In this document: positions 1 through 10,200 of the stretch, piece after piece
Numbering within the stretch: the stretch's first letter is position 1
How the letters are laid out: each line of letters starts with the position of its first letter
Source of the DNA: a virus
Length of the DNA: 64,000 nucleotides
Virus record (IMG/VR): IMGVR_UViG_3300049846_000430
Location: 32,001-96,000 of that record
Reading direction: 5' to 3' (one strand)
Position numbers and translations under genes: made by a program
Notes under the pieces: generated by a model
Databases searched by the model: none
What the model was told of the DNA's origin: nothing
The model's input: only the letters and a program-made list of their open reading frames with translations

Positions 1-606
1 TGGAGACATAATGACCGTTGTGATTCTTATTCTAACTTCTATGGTATTTCTTATCCATGGGAAGTTGAATTTACAGAAACCACCGGTCAGAATGTAAATA
101 CTCTAAGAAGTATTGAATATCAGTTGGAGTGTTATGTGTATAAGGGTGATCTTATAAATGAATGTGGTGATGATAGATGGCATGATCTGGATTGGAACTT
201 TGATGAAGCCATTATATACAACACAGAACAAGTTTCAGGATTACTTAGACTTGAACTTAATCCTAAAGATGATCCCTTTGGTATGATGCAGTATCCTATC
301 ATAGGTCCAAGTGATATCAGGATTCTTTTCTCTAAAGAAGAACAGAAGTACAGATTTAATCAGTTCTGGGATATTACTAAAGACCGTGGTGAATTTACAT
401 CTGCACAAGACAGGATTTTCTTTACTCAACTTAACGGATATATACGTGATCTTAATGCAGCTAATATGAATTATCAGAAGCCTTCAGATCAACGTAAGAA
501 GTTCAGACACTACTACAATAGAGTTATTCTTAGAAGACAAAACTCTGAGAATAGAAAAATGCTCCTTAAATTAGCAAACACAAAACTTAATCTTTCATTC
601 AGATAA
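1..606 (+). CDS. C-terminal part of a large virion protein (probable crAss-like tail stabilization/muzzle-type protein), truncated by the window edge
   Basis: Frame 1 is open from base 1 (WRHNDRCDSYSNFYGISYPWEVEF...LRSIEYQLECYVY) to TAA at 606. The W-x-H-N...NFYG...E-F pattern and the position before the cargo genes resemble crAss-like tail genes (recognised from memory). Confidence 0.55.
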   Translation, partial: WRHNDRCDSYSNFYGISYPWEVEFTETTGQNVNTLRSIEYQLECYVYKGDLINECGDDRWHDLDWNFDEAIIYNTEQVSGLLRLELNPKDDPFGMMQYPIIGPSDIRILFSKEEQKYRFNQFWDITKDRGEFTSAQDRIFFTQLNGYIRDLNAANMNYQKPSDQRKKFRHYYNRVILRRQNSENRKMLLKLANTKLNLSFR

Positions 607-607
607 T

Positions 608-3190
608 ATGCAAAAGTCTTTTAGATACTCTGACAGAAGAGGATTACCAGGTGGTCCAAATGAAGAATCCTCTTTTGGTGAGGGATTTATTGTCAGTGAA
701 AGAGGTCAATGGGATTATCCGGGTATGAATACTCTGGTTCCTACAGATGGCAACATTACAATGCAGGGTGTTCCATATCCGGTAATGGCACAACCCGTAT
801 ATCCAGATTGGGCACAGCCTGCTATTGGACCCGCAACAATGATGTATCCAGATCAAGATTATTATTTTCCTGGTGCAGTGGCTGTTGCAGAAACACCTAT
901 GGCAAGATATGGTGGTGGGTTAAGAAAGTATCAAACTGGTAAAGAAGTTAATAATAATGCTGCAGTTAGCAATGGTAATCTTCCTTATGATCCTAATTGG
1001 CAAGATATCAAAACACTAGAGGAAATAAGGATTTCTCCTTATATGAGAATGAGGTCACAACTTGATACTCCTGAAGCAAGAGATCAATGGATAGATGAAA
1101 ATCTCCCAAAGTTCTCAAGATCAATGGGTATTAATAGAGATAACTGGAATCCAAATGAATGGGAAAAATATCAGAAGCACATAAACACAAAACTTGCAGA
1201 AGATATTTTTAAAAGAAAACCTTTTACTGCTGGTGATGGAAGTAGATTGGAGAATTTAAAAAGATATACACCTGAAGAACTGAATATCATTAAAGGATCT
1301 AGTTATGCGAATAAAATTGAACCTACTGTTTGGGAAAAATTTGAACAAGGTTTATTATCTATTGGTAATGTTGGAAGTCCTGTTAAGTTTAAAAATGAAA
1401 ATTTAACTCAAGAGGAAGCAAGACAAGAAAGTACTCCTTTAAATCTACTTCAACCACTTTCTATTCCACAAAAAATGGTTCAGGCTGGTTTTGAGAGAAT
1501 AAGACCTACTGTAACTGGGGGGTATACTATGTCAGAAGCTTTGTCTGGTGTGGAGAATGATGCACCAATGGCTGACAAATTTTATACAGATCCTCTCAAT
1601 TTTGTTGGTATGGGGTTATTTAAAGGTTTAGGTACAGGCTCAACAATAGGAAGAAATATTGGTAGATTTGGTGAAGCTGTAAATTATGTACCAGAAGATA
1701 TTGCAGGTTTTGCTAATATTGGATCTGATGCAGCAACCACTGCTTCAAAAATTAATCCTAAAGCCACACAGTTGACATTTGATTTTGGTCTTCCAAAAGC
1801 TCCTGTTAATGATGATCCATTTGGAGTTTACACTTCAGCTGAAAAATTAATTAATGATCTTCAGAAGATAAAAGAAACAGAAAAAAATGTTAAAAATCTA
1901 AGTGATTATGAAAACACAATACAGGAAGTTTTTGGAGGTCTTGAGGGTTATAAAAAAGCAAAAAATTTATATAAAGGGGATAATTCTGAATATTTAACAT
2001 TTGATCAACTTGTAGAAAAAATAAAAGGAAAAGCTTCTGAAAACATAAAGCAAAGTTCTTTAAATCTTCAAAAACCTATTACTTCTGAAAAAATAACTTA
2101 TCAGAAACCATTAAGTACTGATCAGGAGTATATTGATTGGGCAAATAAAATTCATCCAGATTTGGCCCGTATAGCTACACCAGAAGAACTTAGACAAGCT
2201 CATATTGAGGCCCTTGATTATTTTGGTAAAAGCCCTGTTGGACTTGAGGGTAAAGAATATGGAATGTATATGAGGAATAAATTTGCTGATAGAATTCCAT
2301 CATATACATATCCAACATCATATGATTTTGAAGGAAACATTTTACATTTTCCTCCTGATCATCCACATACTTCTTTTATGCCTTGGGGAACAGCTGAAAC
2401 CGCATCATTAAAACATGGCAATAGGTATACTACACTACTAGATGATATATTGAGAAATCAAGGTTATAGTACTCAATTTTTAACACCTCAAGAAGTAAAT
2501 GCAATTTATGGATATGCTAAAGGTTATGATGCACCAATAAACGGTGTATTAAGAGCTCAATCTGCTCAGTATAACCCTTCTTTATTAAATAGTCTTAATC
2601 TTTCTCTTAAAACTAAACCAGGATCTAAAACTGCTGAATTTTATGGTGACATTGCTGAGATGCTTAATCAAGGTATTCAAAGAAATAAACTAAGAAATCC
2701 AATCTCAGTTAAGAGAGGCATTGGTTCAGATTATAATGTTGAATTACTTCATCCTACAACTTTTGAACCTACTGGTCAAATAGTAAAAAGATCAGAACTC
2801 AATGTAGGAGATATTTTTAAAGATGCTTCATTTTTATCTTCAAGTCATCAAGGACCTCTTTATGAGTGGGGAACACCTGGACTTTCAGAATATATAGATT
2901 TACCAGGAGGAGGTATTCAATCATATGCATACCCAAATGCTTTATCTTGGTCTCCATTTTTAAATGAGTTTGAATTTATTTTGCCAAAAAATCTTGTACG
3001 TAGGGTAGAATTAATTACTGATAATCCAATGTCTGCTGGATACAAGTATAGAACTTCTATTTTAAATCCATATCAAATGGGAGGCACTGAAGATGAATCA
3101 GATGAACAATTTCCAATGGGTGCAATGAATGTAAACATACAAGATATACCTGATGATGTGCTTGCAATAATGATAGCCAATAACAGATAA
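608..3190 (+). CDS. Modular probable virion cargo protein with a C-terminal R-S-E (VIP2/T4 Alt-like) ADP-ribosyltransferase domain
   Basis: 860 aa. ART signature: Y...INGVLR, VKRGI (Arg, ~2713), FLSSS (~2831-2845), EFEFILP (ExE, 2966-2986). The N-terminal GQWDYPG...ITMQGVPYP domain is followed by ARYGG; YQMGG follows the ART domain. Confidence 0.75.
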   Translation: MQKSFRYSDRRGLPGGPNEESSFGEGFIVSERGQWDYPGMNTLVPTDGNITMQGVPYPVMAQPVYPDWAQPAIGPATMMYPDQDYYFPGAVAVAETPMARYGGGLRKYQTGKEVNNNAAVSNGNLPYDPNWQDIKTLEEIRISPYMRMRSQLDTPEARDQWIDENLPKFSRSMGINRDNWNPNEWEKYQKHINTKLAEDIFKRKPFTAGDGSRLENLKRYTPEELNIIKGSSYANKIEPTVWEKFEQGLLSIGNVGSPVKFKNENLTQEEARQESTPLNLLQPLSIPQKMVQAGFERIRPTVTGGYTMSEALSGVENDAPMADKFYTDPLNFVGMGLFKGLGTGSTIGRNIGRFGEAVNYVPEDIAGFANIGSDAATTASKINPKATQLTFDFGLPKAPVNDDPFGVYTSAEKLINDLQKIKETEKNVKNLSDYENTIQEVFGGLEGYKKAKNLYKGDNSEYLTFDQLVEKIKGKASENIKQSSLNLQKPITSEKITYQKPLSTDQEYIDWANKIHPDLARIATPEELRQAHIEALDYFGKSPVGLEGKEYGMYMRNKFADRIPSYTYPTSYDFEGNILHFPPDHPHTSFMPWGTAETASLKHGNRYTTLLDDILRNQGYSTQFLTPQEVNAIYGYAKGYDAPINGVLRAQSAQYNPSLLNSLNLSLKTKPGSKTAEFYGDIAEMLNQGIQRNKLRNPISVKRGIGSDYNVELLHPTTFEPTGQIVKRSELNVGDIFKDASFLSSSHQGPLYEWGTPGLSEYIDLPGGGIQSYAYPNALSWSPFLNEFEFILPKNLVRRVELITDNPMSAGYKYRTSILNPYQMGGTEDESDEQFPMGAMNVNIQDIPDDVLAIMIANNR

Positions 3191-3191
3191 C

Positions 3192-6100
3192 ATGAACTGG
3201 AAAGAATTTACAATGAAGTATGGTGGTGGACTCACTAAGTATCAAAAGAGAGGTGAGTTCAATTGGAAGACATATAAGGATGTAGGCATACAGACTTTAC
3301 CAAGTAAATCTCAAATAGTTGCTGCTCAAGGACAACAAAGGGATAATGTCTATGTTAATCCTGTTGTAAAAAATGCAGCTCAGTTGCAAAGGATAAATCA
3401 AATAGAGGAAGAAGAAAGACAAAGAAGAATTCAAGAAACTGCAGATAGAGTGCGAGGCACACTAAGAGCAACTACTGATGCAGATATAGAAGCTCAAAAT
3501 AGAGAAGACTATACACTTACAGGAAGAGCAAGAAGTCTTGGTAGAGGAGATTTTAACCCTTTAGTTGTAGCAGCCAGTGCTGCAGATTTGATTAATCCTG
3601 CTTCCTATTGGTATGCCGGTAAAGATTTTGGAAGAGGTGTAAAACAAACTGGAGAAGGGATAGTTAATCTAGATCCAGAACAAATAGGTTCTGGATTATT
3701 ACAAACAGGATTAAGTGCTTTACAATTGTATCCCGGAGCATCTACTGCCAGATCTGTTATAAAAGGAGCTGCTCCACGTCTATTTGGTTCTACAATGTCC
3801 AGTCAAGCTAATGATTTTTTAAGATCTGTAAGATCAATGGATGACTTTGCTACTGGCTCGCCATCTGTTTATAGAACTCAGCCAGGATTAAGTTCAGGAC
3901 CAATAAGTTCAACACCTGCTATATCAAGAGTTGGTAGTACTTCTGGACAAGCATTTATCCCATCTGCAAAACAAACCGGTAAGTATTCTCCTAGTATTGT
4001 TAGTGATTTAAGCTCGTTTTTTGCTCCATTTAATCCTAAAAATTTACAAACAAATTCCGGATTAGAATGGATGAAGCAGTGGTATTCAGATCCTGATATT
4101 ATAAGAAGAACTGAAGGTAATTTTCCAAAAGGATTTTCAAAATTTTCAATTATAATGGATTCCGATAATATTGGATCTAAAGCTCTAAAACATTTTAAAA
4201 ATAAATTAAATGCATATGAACCAAAAAATTATATTGATTTATTGAAAGATCGTGGGTTAAAAAAATATCTTCAAGCAAGTATGGGAAGTAAAGGACTTTC
4301 TGCTGGCTATCCTTCAGGTATATATGTCAATAGGACAGCTGCATTTCCTTTTGACAAGAGAGGATTAGAATCTACCAGAGTACATGAATTAACTCATTTA
4401 ATAGAGCATAATGGTGCTATTTTTAATGATGATAACATTAAGTCATTACTAAAACCTTTTGGATATTCTTCCTTATCTGAAGTTCCTGAAAATAAAACTT
4501 TGAGTTTTATAGATAGAGAAATAAGGGGTATTAATCCTGAATATTATTTAGAGCCTAGTGAAATACATGCTAGAATGAATCAAGGAAGATTTAATTTTAA
4601 TCTTACACCAAAAGATCAATTTACCACTAAAATGTTTGATGAAATATCTAAAAAATATGATTGGTATGGAATGGGAAGATATATAAAAGATAAAGATGCT
4701 TTTATAGATTTAATGAATAATTTTTGGGCAATACCTGCAACAGTTGGTATTGGTGCCGGAGCTTATCAACAGTTTAATCAAAAACCTCAAGGAACTTATC
4801 AGTATGGTGGTCCTACTATAGATTTAAAGCTTCCTCAGTTTGAAGAAGATAAACCCAGACCTTTCTTTGAAATGAGTGGTGCTGGCACTGGACCACAATA
4901 TGATATGTTTGGTTATGGTTATATTCCTCTTGGTAAGAACTTAGGTATATCTGCAGATCTAATGAGATGGAAAGAAGGAGATTGGCGTGGTGGTAGATAT
5001 GGTATAAGCGGAAACATAAACATTCCAATTAACAGAGGTGAGAGAAGAACACGTCCGGATATGAAAGATCCAGTAATGTATCAATATGGAGGAGCATCAA
5101 GAGCTGATACTTTAAATCTTTTAGCAAATACTAGAGCAGTTCGGAATTATTATACGGGAAGGGACTATACACCTGATGTAAATTATACTGGACGTAACTT
5201 GGTAAGCCCGTCAACATCAATGTATAAAAATATATGGGAGGCTTTAAAAGCAGATAGAAGTGGTTTTATAGCTACCAATGCTGCATATGGTATTGTAACA
5301 CCCTCAGGTCAAAGAAAATTAAGTATGAGTGATTACTATAGACCAATTGACCGTAATAAATTTTATCAAAGGGAAGATCAAAATCTTATTTTAGATACTA
5401 GAGCTCCAATGCAACTTTATGATAAGAGAATTGAACCTACTGGTGTATTGGGATATACTAATATAAAACCAAGTGATCCTATGTCATCAGATATAATTCA
5501 TTTTTATACTTATGATCCTATATCTATTACACCTTGGGATATGCTTAGTACAAAACAGAAAAAGCAAAGGATTAATAAGTATGGTGTTTCTGGCACTCCT
5601 TATGAAAGTAAGCAAGACTTTATAGAAAAGACATCTGATCAAGAAGTTATTAGAAAACAAAAACTTCTCAAAGAAGCTGGCTTATATAAAGGGGAAATTG
5701 ATGGTGACTGGGGAACCGGTTCTGAGAAAGCTTGGAAAAAGTATATGGAATTAAATACAATTCCAACAACTACAAATACTTCAAACACCATATCAGAGAC
5801 TCAAGTAATTCCCAGCACCCCAAGATTTAATATTCAAGGTATTATAGCAGATCAATATGTTCCAGATGCAAAAGATCAAACATCTAGAGAATATAGATAT
5901 AGGATAAATACTGATAAAGGTTTTGATGTAATTAAAAGCAAAAAAGATTTTGAAGAATGGAAACAAAGAAATGCAGCAGAGTATCAACCTTATTATCAAA
6001 GATCAACAAATGCTCCTATAGACTATAATAAAGGAAGAATACAAGAATATCTAGAAACACCCACCCTAATGTATACTGGAGATGGTACAAGAAGAAGTGG

Positions 6101-7244
6101 CGGTGAATCATCATATCAGTATGGAGGTGGTTTTTTACCTACAAGATATACTTCTAATCCTTATGATCCTGCAATAAAAAATTTCAATGATAGTTTAAAT
6201 TTATACAAAGGATATGTAATGCAGGATTATTTGATGGGTCCAAAAAATGAAAGAATATCTCCTGGAACTCGTATATCTTGGACACCAGCAGAATTAAAAA
6301 AGGATAGAACTAAAAAGTGGAATCCAGTTTTAAAACAAAAGATTGCTGATGATTTTCAAAATCAAGAAGAAATGTTTGCATCTGATTTTGTAAATGAAAA
6401 TAATAAAAAACTAGTAAGATACTATAAATCTCTTGGATTTACAGATGATAATATAATGTATCATACATCTGCAGATCTAGTTCATCCTACAATTAGAGCA
6501 ATAGGTACTTACATGGATGGTTCAGCATTAAGTCCTATTTATAAAAAACCAGTTCAACCTGTAAAATATGCTGATCCAAAAGTGGTAGAAAAACAAAAAA
6601 TACTTAAAGATGCGGGGCTTTACACAGGAGAATTAGATGGCGTGTGGGGGAGTGGTTCTAAAAAAGCGTGGGAAGAATATACAAAAAGAAATACTACTCC
6701 TAGATCATTAGATGGGATGACTGAAGTTACATATCCTACTTCTACTATGATAGAAACTACAAAGTTAGATCCTAACGGCAATCCTGTAACAGAAATACAT
6801 TATTATGATGATCTTAGAACCAGAGAAAGAAAAGATCCAAAAGTTCAGAAATATTTAGTACAGACATATAATCAAATGTCCACACCATATAAGAAGGCAG
6901 CTGTTGCAAAATATGGTGATCCTAGCAAAGTTCCTTTTCAGGGTGTAAACATATATGAATTAAATCCTAATCCTTATATGAAAGAAGAAGGAGGTGAAAC
7001 AAATCTGTTTAACTGGAACAATTTAGATCAATGGTTTAAGAATGGTGGTGAGTCAGACTTTGTAAATAACATTTACAGTGATTACATGGATGGTGTTTAT
7101 GATGGTACACCTTTGGAAGAGAATGCCAAGAAAGTGTATGATAAATTAAACACTATATACTATAGGCAAGCAAAGGAATCAGGTATGACTCCACCAAACT
7201 ACATTATGACCAATGTAATTAAAAAAGCTTTGAAACCTTCATAA
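3192..7244 (+). CDS. Modular probable virion cargo protein with a zincin HExxH domain and two peptidoglycan-binding-like domains
   Basis: 1350 aa. VHELTH at ~4380-4397 with downstream EIHAR. Two copies of QKxLKxAGLYxGExDGxWGxGSxKAW (5646-5744, 6582-6680). Modules are separated by YQYGG motifs. Confidence 0.7.
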   Translation: MNWKEFTMKYGGGLTKYQKRGEFNWKTYKDVGIQTLPSKSQIVAAQGQQRDNVYVNPVVKNAAQLQRINQIEEEERQRRIQETADRVRGTLRATTDADIEAQNREDYTLTGRARSLGRGDFNPLVVAASAADLINPASYWYAGKDFGRGVKQTGEGIVNLDPEQIGSGLLQTGLSALQLYPGASTARSVIKGAAPRLFGSTMSSQANDFLRSVRSMDDFATGSPSVYRTQPGLSSGPISSTPAISRVGSTSGQAFIPSAKQTGKYSPSIVSDLSSFFAPFNPKNLQTNSGLEWMKQWYSDPDIIRRTEGNFPKGFSKFSIIMDSDNIGSKALKHFKNKLNAYEPKNYIDLLKDRGLKKYLQASMGSKGLSAGYPSGIYVNRTAAFPFDKRGLESTRVHELTHLIEHNGAIFNDDNIKSLLKPFGYSSLSEVPENKTLSFIDREIRGINPEYYLEPSEIHARMNQGRFNFNLTPKDQFTTKMFDEISKKYDWYGMGRYIKDKDAFIDLMNNFWAIPATVGIGAGAYQQFNQKPQGTYQYGGPTIDLKLPQFEEDKPRPFFEMSGAGTGPQYDMFGYGYIPLGKNLGISADLMRWKEGDWRGGRYGISGNINIPINRGERRTRPDMKDPVMYQYGGASRADTLNLLANTRAVRNYYTGRDYTPDVNYTGRNLVSPSTSMYKNIWEALKADRSGFIATNAAYGIVTPSGQRKLSMSDYYRPIDRNKFYQREDQNLILDTRAPMQLYDKRIEPTGVLGYTNIKPSDPMSSDIIHFYTYDPISITPWDMLSTKQKKQRINKYGVSGTPYESKQDFIEKTSDQEVIRKQKLLKEAGLYKGEIDGDWGTGSEKAWKKYMELNTIPTTTNTSNTISETQVIPSTPRFNIQGIIADQYVPDAKDQTSREYRYRINTDKGFDVIKSKKDFEEWKQRNAAEYQPYYQRSTNAPIDYNKGRIQEYLETPTLMYTGDGTRRSGGESSYQYGGGFLPTRYTSNPYDPAIKNFNDSLNLYKGYVMQDYLMGPKNERISPGTRISWTPAELKKDRTKKWNPVLKQKIADDFQNQEEMFASDFVNENNKKLVRYYKSLGFTDDNIMYHTSADLVHPTIRAIGTYMDGSALSPIYKKPVQPVKYADPKVVEKQKILKDAGLYTGELDGVWGSGSKKAWEEYTKRNTTPRSLDGMTEVTYPTSTMIETTKLDPNGNPVTEIHYYDDLRTRERKDPKVQKYLVQTYNQMSTPYKKAAVAKYGDPSKVPFQGVNIYELNPNPYMKEEGGETNLFNWNNLDQWFKNGGESDFVNNIYSDYMDGVYDGTPLEENAKKVYDKLNTIYYRQAKESGMTPPNYIMTNVIKKALKPS

Positions 7245-7264
7245 TTAGCTTATTTGATGTTTAA

Positions 7265-7285
7265 TTTGTATATTAGTATTATACT
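7265..7285 (+). promoter_or_regulatory. Putative phage promoter/leader motif TTTGTATATTA
   Basis: Sits in a 41-bp intergenic gap. The same TTTGTATATTA...ATACTATG context recurs at 39312-39330. Confidence 0.4.
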
Positions 7286-10200
7286 ATGGCCAGCAAAAGA
7301 TTAAGTAAAAAATACTATCAGACAGGGGGTGACACATCTCCTGCACCTGATATTCATCCCGACATGATTGAGATTGTTCAGGCTGTTGAGGCTTCTCTTC
7401 AATCTGGACTTGCTCCTCAAGAAGTTGTATTGCATCTTGCTGGTCAGGGGTATAGAGAAGATGAAATAAGTTTTGCTTTTGAGCAAATGGGTTATGATCC
7501 TGCTGCCATTGCTACAATAATGCAAGCTGCAGAAGCAATGTATAACCAACAGTCTCAGCAGCAAATGCAACCAGGTATGGAACCCGGAATGGAACCTGGT
7601 ATGGAGCAACCTATGGAACCTGGAATGGAAGGTCCTATGCCTCCAGTAACGGAAGCTGAGATGCAAGCTCAAATGGCTCAGGCTGCTTCACCACAATCAA
7701 ATGTGGGTAGCATGGAAGATGAAGGTATTTCAAAAGAAGAACTTGCTACAGCTTTACAAAGAGCTGCTTCTAAAGCTTTAGCTAGAAGAGGTAGAGAAAT
7801 GCAATATGGTGGTTTGCTTCTTCCTGGTGAACATGCTTATGATCCTGTTGCTACTGTGAGTCAGGAAATGGGTAAGAGATTTTACTATCCATATGTTCCC
7901 GGTCCTGGAGATTTAGGAGGTGCATTGTCTACTGCTGTTGGTTCTATTGGAAATTTGTTTTCAGGACGTGTTGGTGCAGATGGTTTACAAGAAGGAACTT
8001 TCAGAGACCTTGGTGCAAAAAGTGCAAGGTTTCAAAGATCTAAACCAATGCAGTATACTTACAATGTTAAATTAGATCCTAATGACAAGAATCAGTATGC
8101 TGCAGATATGGAAGATATGTATGCTGCTTCTAGAGGAGAAGGCAAGTTGAGAACTAAAGAACAGTATCAACAAGATGTAAATAAGTATTCAAGAACTAAT
8201 TTTAATACAGATACTGGCAAGTATGATGTTCTTTATACTAGCAGAGAATTTGACCCAAGTCTTTTAGGAAATAAACAGGTTGATCCTTATGAAGGATTTA
8301 GAAAGAAGAGTATTTCATTTGCTGATTGGAAAAGAAGAATGGATCCTGAGACTCTCAGCCTTCTTAGAGAAAATGAAATAAATGCACCAAAAGGAACAAC
8401 TATAGGTATATCTCCACAAGGTTCACCAACATCATATATTTCTGGCAAAGAGAATCCATACTGGTATAATACTATGATGGGATTAAACACACTCAAATCA
8501 AATCAACATGGAAATATGAGGGTGTCAGGTTATATGAAAGCAGAGGGTGGTCCTTTTAATGAAACTGAATATACACCCATTGATCCAGAACCAAAACGTG
8601 TGTTAAGTGGAATTCCTTATAAGGAGGAAGATTATGAATTTGCAGATCCAATAAGAAGAAGAGAATTAAGAGCTTATAAAAAGTATCAAAGGCTTCCTGA
8701 AGATCAAAAGACTAATCCTTTTTATAGAACACATGATGTAAAGCGTTCCGGTCTTAAAAGATACTGGGAAGATATTCCTGATATTGATTATAATAAAGCT
8801 CTTCAAGGAACTACATTTGGTCAGTTTATTAGTAGAGCCAATTCTTTAAAAAGTAGGGGGGATCAGTTTGGTAATATATATGAAACAGGACCTCATCCTA
8901 TAGAAACTGGATATATGCCAAGAAACATTTGGACATCACCAACTACTGGTATTTCATTATATCCTGATGATGATCCAAACAATATACTTAAGCAAATGGA
9001 TGACGCATCAGCTGATAATTTTAAACCATATATTTATTTTTTACAACCAGATGATCAAACTGTTTTACCAGCAAATGTTGGATATCAAACTATTGTAGGA
9101 GGATCTGGAGCAATAAAAGGTCCTGAGAATTTAAAAAATCAAGATAAAAATCTTATTGATATAATGGGTTTTGGAAGTGAGGATATTCCAGCTGATAAAT
9201 ATCAAAAAACATTTGGTTATAATACTGATCTTATAAGAGTAACTACACCGCAAAGAAATAAAATTGCTGGAGTTACAGCAATTGATAAAGATGTTAATGA
9301 TTATCTTCATAAGATATATCAACAATATCAAAATGAAGATTTAAGCAAACTGTCAAAAGAAGAACGTGATGATGTAAAGTTAAAAAGAGAAGCTGAGGTT
9401 AAAAAATATCTTTTAGAGAAAGCGGGTCTTGATCCTGCACAGTATATGAGTACACTCATGCACTATAACTACACATCTCCTGAAATATATTCTGACATCA
9501 ACAGACCAGGCTTTACAGTTTTTGATCAGTATGGTGATGTGTATGATAAAAGAAAAAGAGACATGCCAGAGTTTATGAAAAGAATGAACACTAAAAAGTA
9601 TGGTGGTTATCTTCGTAAAGCTCAATTTGGTTATGAAAGTATGGGTGATAGAATGGATATGTTTGGAGTTGAAACTTCAGATCCAAAGATGTATTCTTCT
9701 GCAATAGCTTATGGTAAAGTAGATCCCCCAGATTTTTCAGGTTATGCACCAAGAGGCGTATACAGTTCTGCAATTCCTAATTCAGGTCTTTCACCTGTAG
9801 GTATGGTTAATATTCCAACAAGAAGAACGCCTGCCACTAGCTCAGTTCCTACAACTACTCCTTCTATTTCACCAGGTGTTGCTGTTTCTACTCCAAAACC
9901 AACGGATGAGATTAGCTCTGTAACAGCACCTACTGCAAGAGAAGCTTATGAGCCCATGAAGCCAAAAGAAAAAAGTGTAATAGTTCCGTCTGATGGTAAA
10001 ACATCTAAATCTTCAGCAGCCTCATTAAATCCTTTAGCTAAACCAGTTGATGTATCTAGATCAGTATCTGGCACAAGTGAGCTATATGACCCATTTGGTG
10101 TACCTACAGAGTTTGATAATCCTAAAATGACATCATCAGCTTTAGCTCTTGGTAAAACAACTGGTACTACAACAACTACACCAGCATCTCAACCAGAGGT

